A stretch of DNA of 64,000 nucleotides, from NCBI GenBank assembly GCA_005798825.1, contig SYIL01000035.1, positions 12,338-76,337 of the forward strand, given 5' to 3'. The position numbers and the translations under genes were made by a program. Below the pieces are notes generated by a model. That model was given only the letters and a program-made list of their open reading frames with translations. It made no database searches and had not been told where the DNA came from. Positions 62,180-64,000 of this stretch are shown piece after piece (the stretch's first letter is position 1; each line of letters starts with the position of its first letter). This DNA is from Bacteroidota bacterium. GTDB taxonomy: Bacteria; Bacteroidota; Bacteroidia; NS11-12g; UBA955.

Positions 62180-64000
62180 TTGTTGCCCAATGGTAAAATG
62201 GATTTGGGTGGGTTTTCCACTTCGTGGAACCTGTGCATAATCAAATCCATAAGCCCAGTCCAATCCAATTAATCCAAACATTGGCATAAATAATCGAATC
62301 CCCACCCCGGCAGCTCTTTTCAATTGGAAGGGATTGTATTTGGCAATCGAGGACCATGCTTCGCCCGCCTCCAAAAATGCGAGTGCGTATACGGTTGCTG
62401 TTTGTCCTGTCGTAATTGCCTGTCTTAATTCAATGGTGAATTTATTGAAAATAGGAGCCCCTGCTTCACTTCCCATTGCGGTAGCAGAAATGGTGTAATT
62501 GTCATACCCGCGCTGAGATATAATTTCTGTGGCTGCAATGTTAAAGCCAAACATTCCGGCTCCACCAACCTGAAATCGCTCGAAAAAGGTTAATCCCAGT
62601 TTAGGATTATAAGATCCCAAGAATCCCATTCTGACCTTTGTCATCAGAATCAATTTTTTATATACAGGGGTATACCACTCAGCATCAAATTTCCATTTGT
62701 GGTATTCCGCCCATTTGTATTTTTCGGTAATACTCATTTTGTCAATATCTTGGTTTAGAATCAATGAAATTGGAGGCGTTGCACTAAGCCAAATTGTAAA
62801 CTGACTGCCACTCATAGGGAAAATTACATCGCTCAAAGAAGATCTTGTCAAGGAAAGAGTTAAGGTTGGATTATAAGAAATTCCTTTGAATCCCTTGGGA
62901 AAGCCATAGAAACCCCCGTCCATATTTTTCATCTGATACTTATTAAAAGCAACACCATAAGACAAACTGAAGAAATCATCTGGCCAATTCAATCTTGAGT
63001 TACAATTTAATTGAACTATCGAACTCGTTAGCACCTGGTGCAAAGGATCACTTTTTTGCCTAAAATCAAAACTGTTCACAGTATGATTAAAACTAAGAGA
63101 TAGATTGTTGGGCTTTTTCCCACCAAACCAAGGCTCTCCATAACTAAAACTGTAACTCTGGAAATTGGCACCATTGCTTTGTGCCCGCAAACTCAATTTC
63201 TGCGCATCCCCGCTGGGGAATTGATTATATAAATCGGGGTGAAATAATTTTCGACGACTGAAATTATTGAGGCTTACTCCAGCAGTACCAATTAAGGAAG
63301 GGGTATTATTGGTTCCTTGGTTGAAATTTCCCATACCCATGCCACCGCCACCGCCCCAGCCTCCAGACAGTTCTATTTGATCAGAGGGTTTTTCGATAAC
63401 AAGGTATTCAATGTCTACCGTTCCATCTTCGGCATTGGGTTTGGGGTTGACATTCAATTTCTCAGGATCAAACAAGCCCAGAGTTGACAAATCGCGCATC
63501 GTTCGCTGAATATCGCTTTTTGAGAACACATCACCAGGGCGGGTTCGTATTTCACGCTGAATAACTCGATCTGATGTCTTTGTATTTCCTTTCCATTCTA
63601 CAACACCCACTTTGGTTTGTGGACCTTCCTCAATACGAATCTCTAAATCAATACTATCACGAAAAATTCCCACTTCTACGGGTATCATTCTAAAAAAGAG
63701 ATATCCGTCATTCATGTACAAACTTTGCACATCATATCCATTCTTATTGGCAGTTAAATGCTCATCAAGATCGATCTGATTAAATACATCTCCACGCCTT
63801 ATTCCCAGTATTGTGTCTAATGTTCCATTGGTATATTTGATATTTCCTTTCCAATTTATGGATCTATATCGGTATAAATTACCTTCAAATAATTGAATGT
63901 GCAATACAATCCGATCGGAAGAAATCAATTGTATACTATCGGATAAAATGCGGGCATCGCGATATCCTTTGGATAAATAACCATTGATAATATTTGACTT
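62174..64000 (-). CDS. bamA: Outer membrane protein assembly factor BamA (N-terminal part outside the window)
   Basis: Frame stays open to 64000 (..KGYRDARI..). POTRA motifs [13 protein letters not shown] and PGDVF; barrel with RGY loop-6 motif and terminal HFTIGQQL. Confidence 0.93.
   Translation of the reverse strand, partial: KSNIINGYLSKGYRDARILSDSIQLISSDRIVLHIQLFEGNLYRYRSINWKGNIKYTNGTLDTILGIRRGDVFNQIDLDEHLTANKNGYDVQSLYMNDGYLFFRMIPVEVGIFRDSIDLEIRIEEGPQTKVGVVEWKGNTKTSDRVIQREIRTRPGDVFSKSDIQRTMRDLSTLGLFDPEKLNVNPKPNAEDGTVDIEYLVIEKPSDQIELSGGWGGGGGMGMGNFNQGTNNTPSLIGTAGVSLNNFSRRKLFHPDLYNQFPSGDAQKLSLRAQSNGANFQSYSFSYGEPWFGGKKPNNLSLSFNHTVNSFDFRQKSDPLHQVLTSSIVQLNCNSRLNWPDDFFSLSYGVAFNKYQMKNMDGGFYGFPKGFKGISYNPTLTLSLTRSSLSDVIFPMSGSQFTIWLSATPPISLILNQDIDKMSITEKYKWAEYHKWKFDAEWYTPVYKKLILMTKVRMGFLGSYNPKLGLTFFERFQVGGAGMFGFNIAATEIISQRGYDNYTISATAMGSEAGAPIFNKFTIELRQAITTGQTATVYALAFLEAGEAWSSIAKYNPFQLKRAAGVGIRLFMPMFGLIGLDWAYGFDYAQVPRSGKPTQIHFTIGQQL

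Noticed and set aside
1..64000. CRISPR arrays, tRNA/rRNA, IS elements, integrases, prophage or anti-phage defence genes
   Set aside because: None seen; intergenic gaps are all under ~260 bp, and none of the long ORFs resembles these classes.

Overview
A gene-dense, AT-rich bacterial chromosome segment, almost certainly Bacteroidota. The evidence is TAnnTTTG -7 promoter elements, five type IX secretion (T9SS) C-terminal-domain proteins, a DUF2723 gene and a Bacteroidota-type BamA. It holds 49 CDSs, two of them cut by the window edges (surA and bamA). Most are housekeeping: obgE, leuS, iscS-iscU-iscA, fabI, pdxH, ffh, recX, htpG, nadK, folA, der, rlmN, rlmB, gltX. The rest are envelope/glycan genes (kdsC, wzz, O-antigen-ligase-like, degT, ugd, uxs) and secreted enzymes. 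I found no tRNA, rRNA, CRISPR array, transposase, integrase or prophage. Best leads: (1) a TMEM260-like DUF2723 GT-C gene co-oriented with UDP-GlcA/UDP-xylose/amino-sugar genes, a candidate protein O-glycosylation locus, with D-S/T sequons enriched in nearby secreted proteins; (2) an mbnP-mbnH pair with no methanobactin genes nearby, translationally coupled to a T9SS M1 aminopeptidase; (3) an identical TTTAGA-N5-TCTAAA operator at both iscS and iscU; (4) eight genes whose start codon lies exactly 4 nt after a -7 element, suggesting leaderless mRNAs; (5) recurrent in-frame loop insertions, including ~65 aa in DHFR and an (LH)4 hexamer repeat in ChaN; (6) an SGNH/beta-helix fusion in a GC-shifted block flanked by a short imperfect direct repeat. 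All family calls come from reading motifs by eye, not from database searches.
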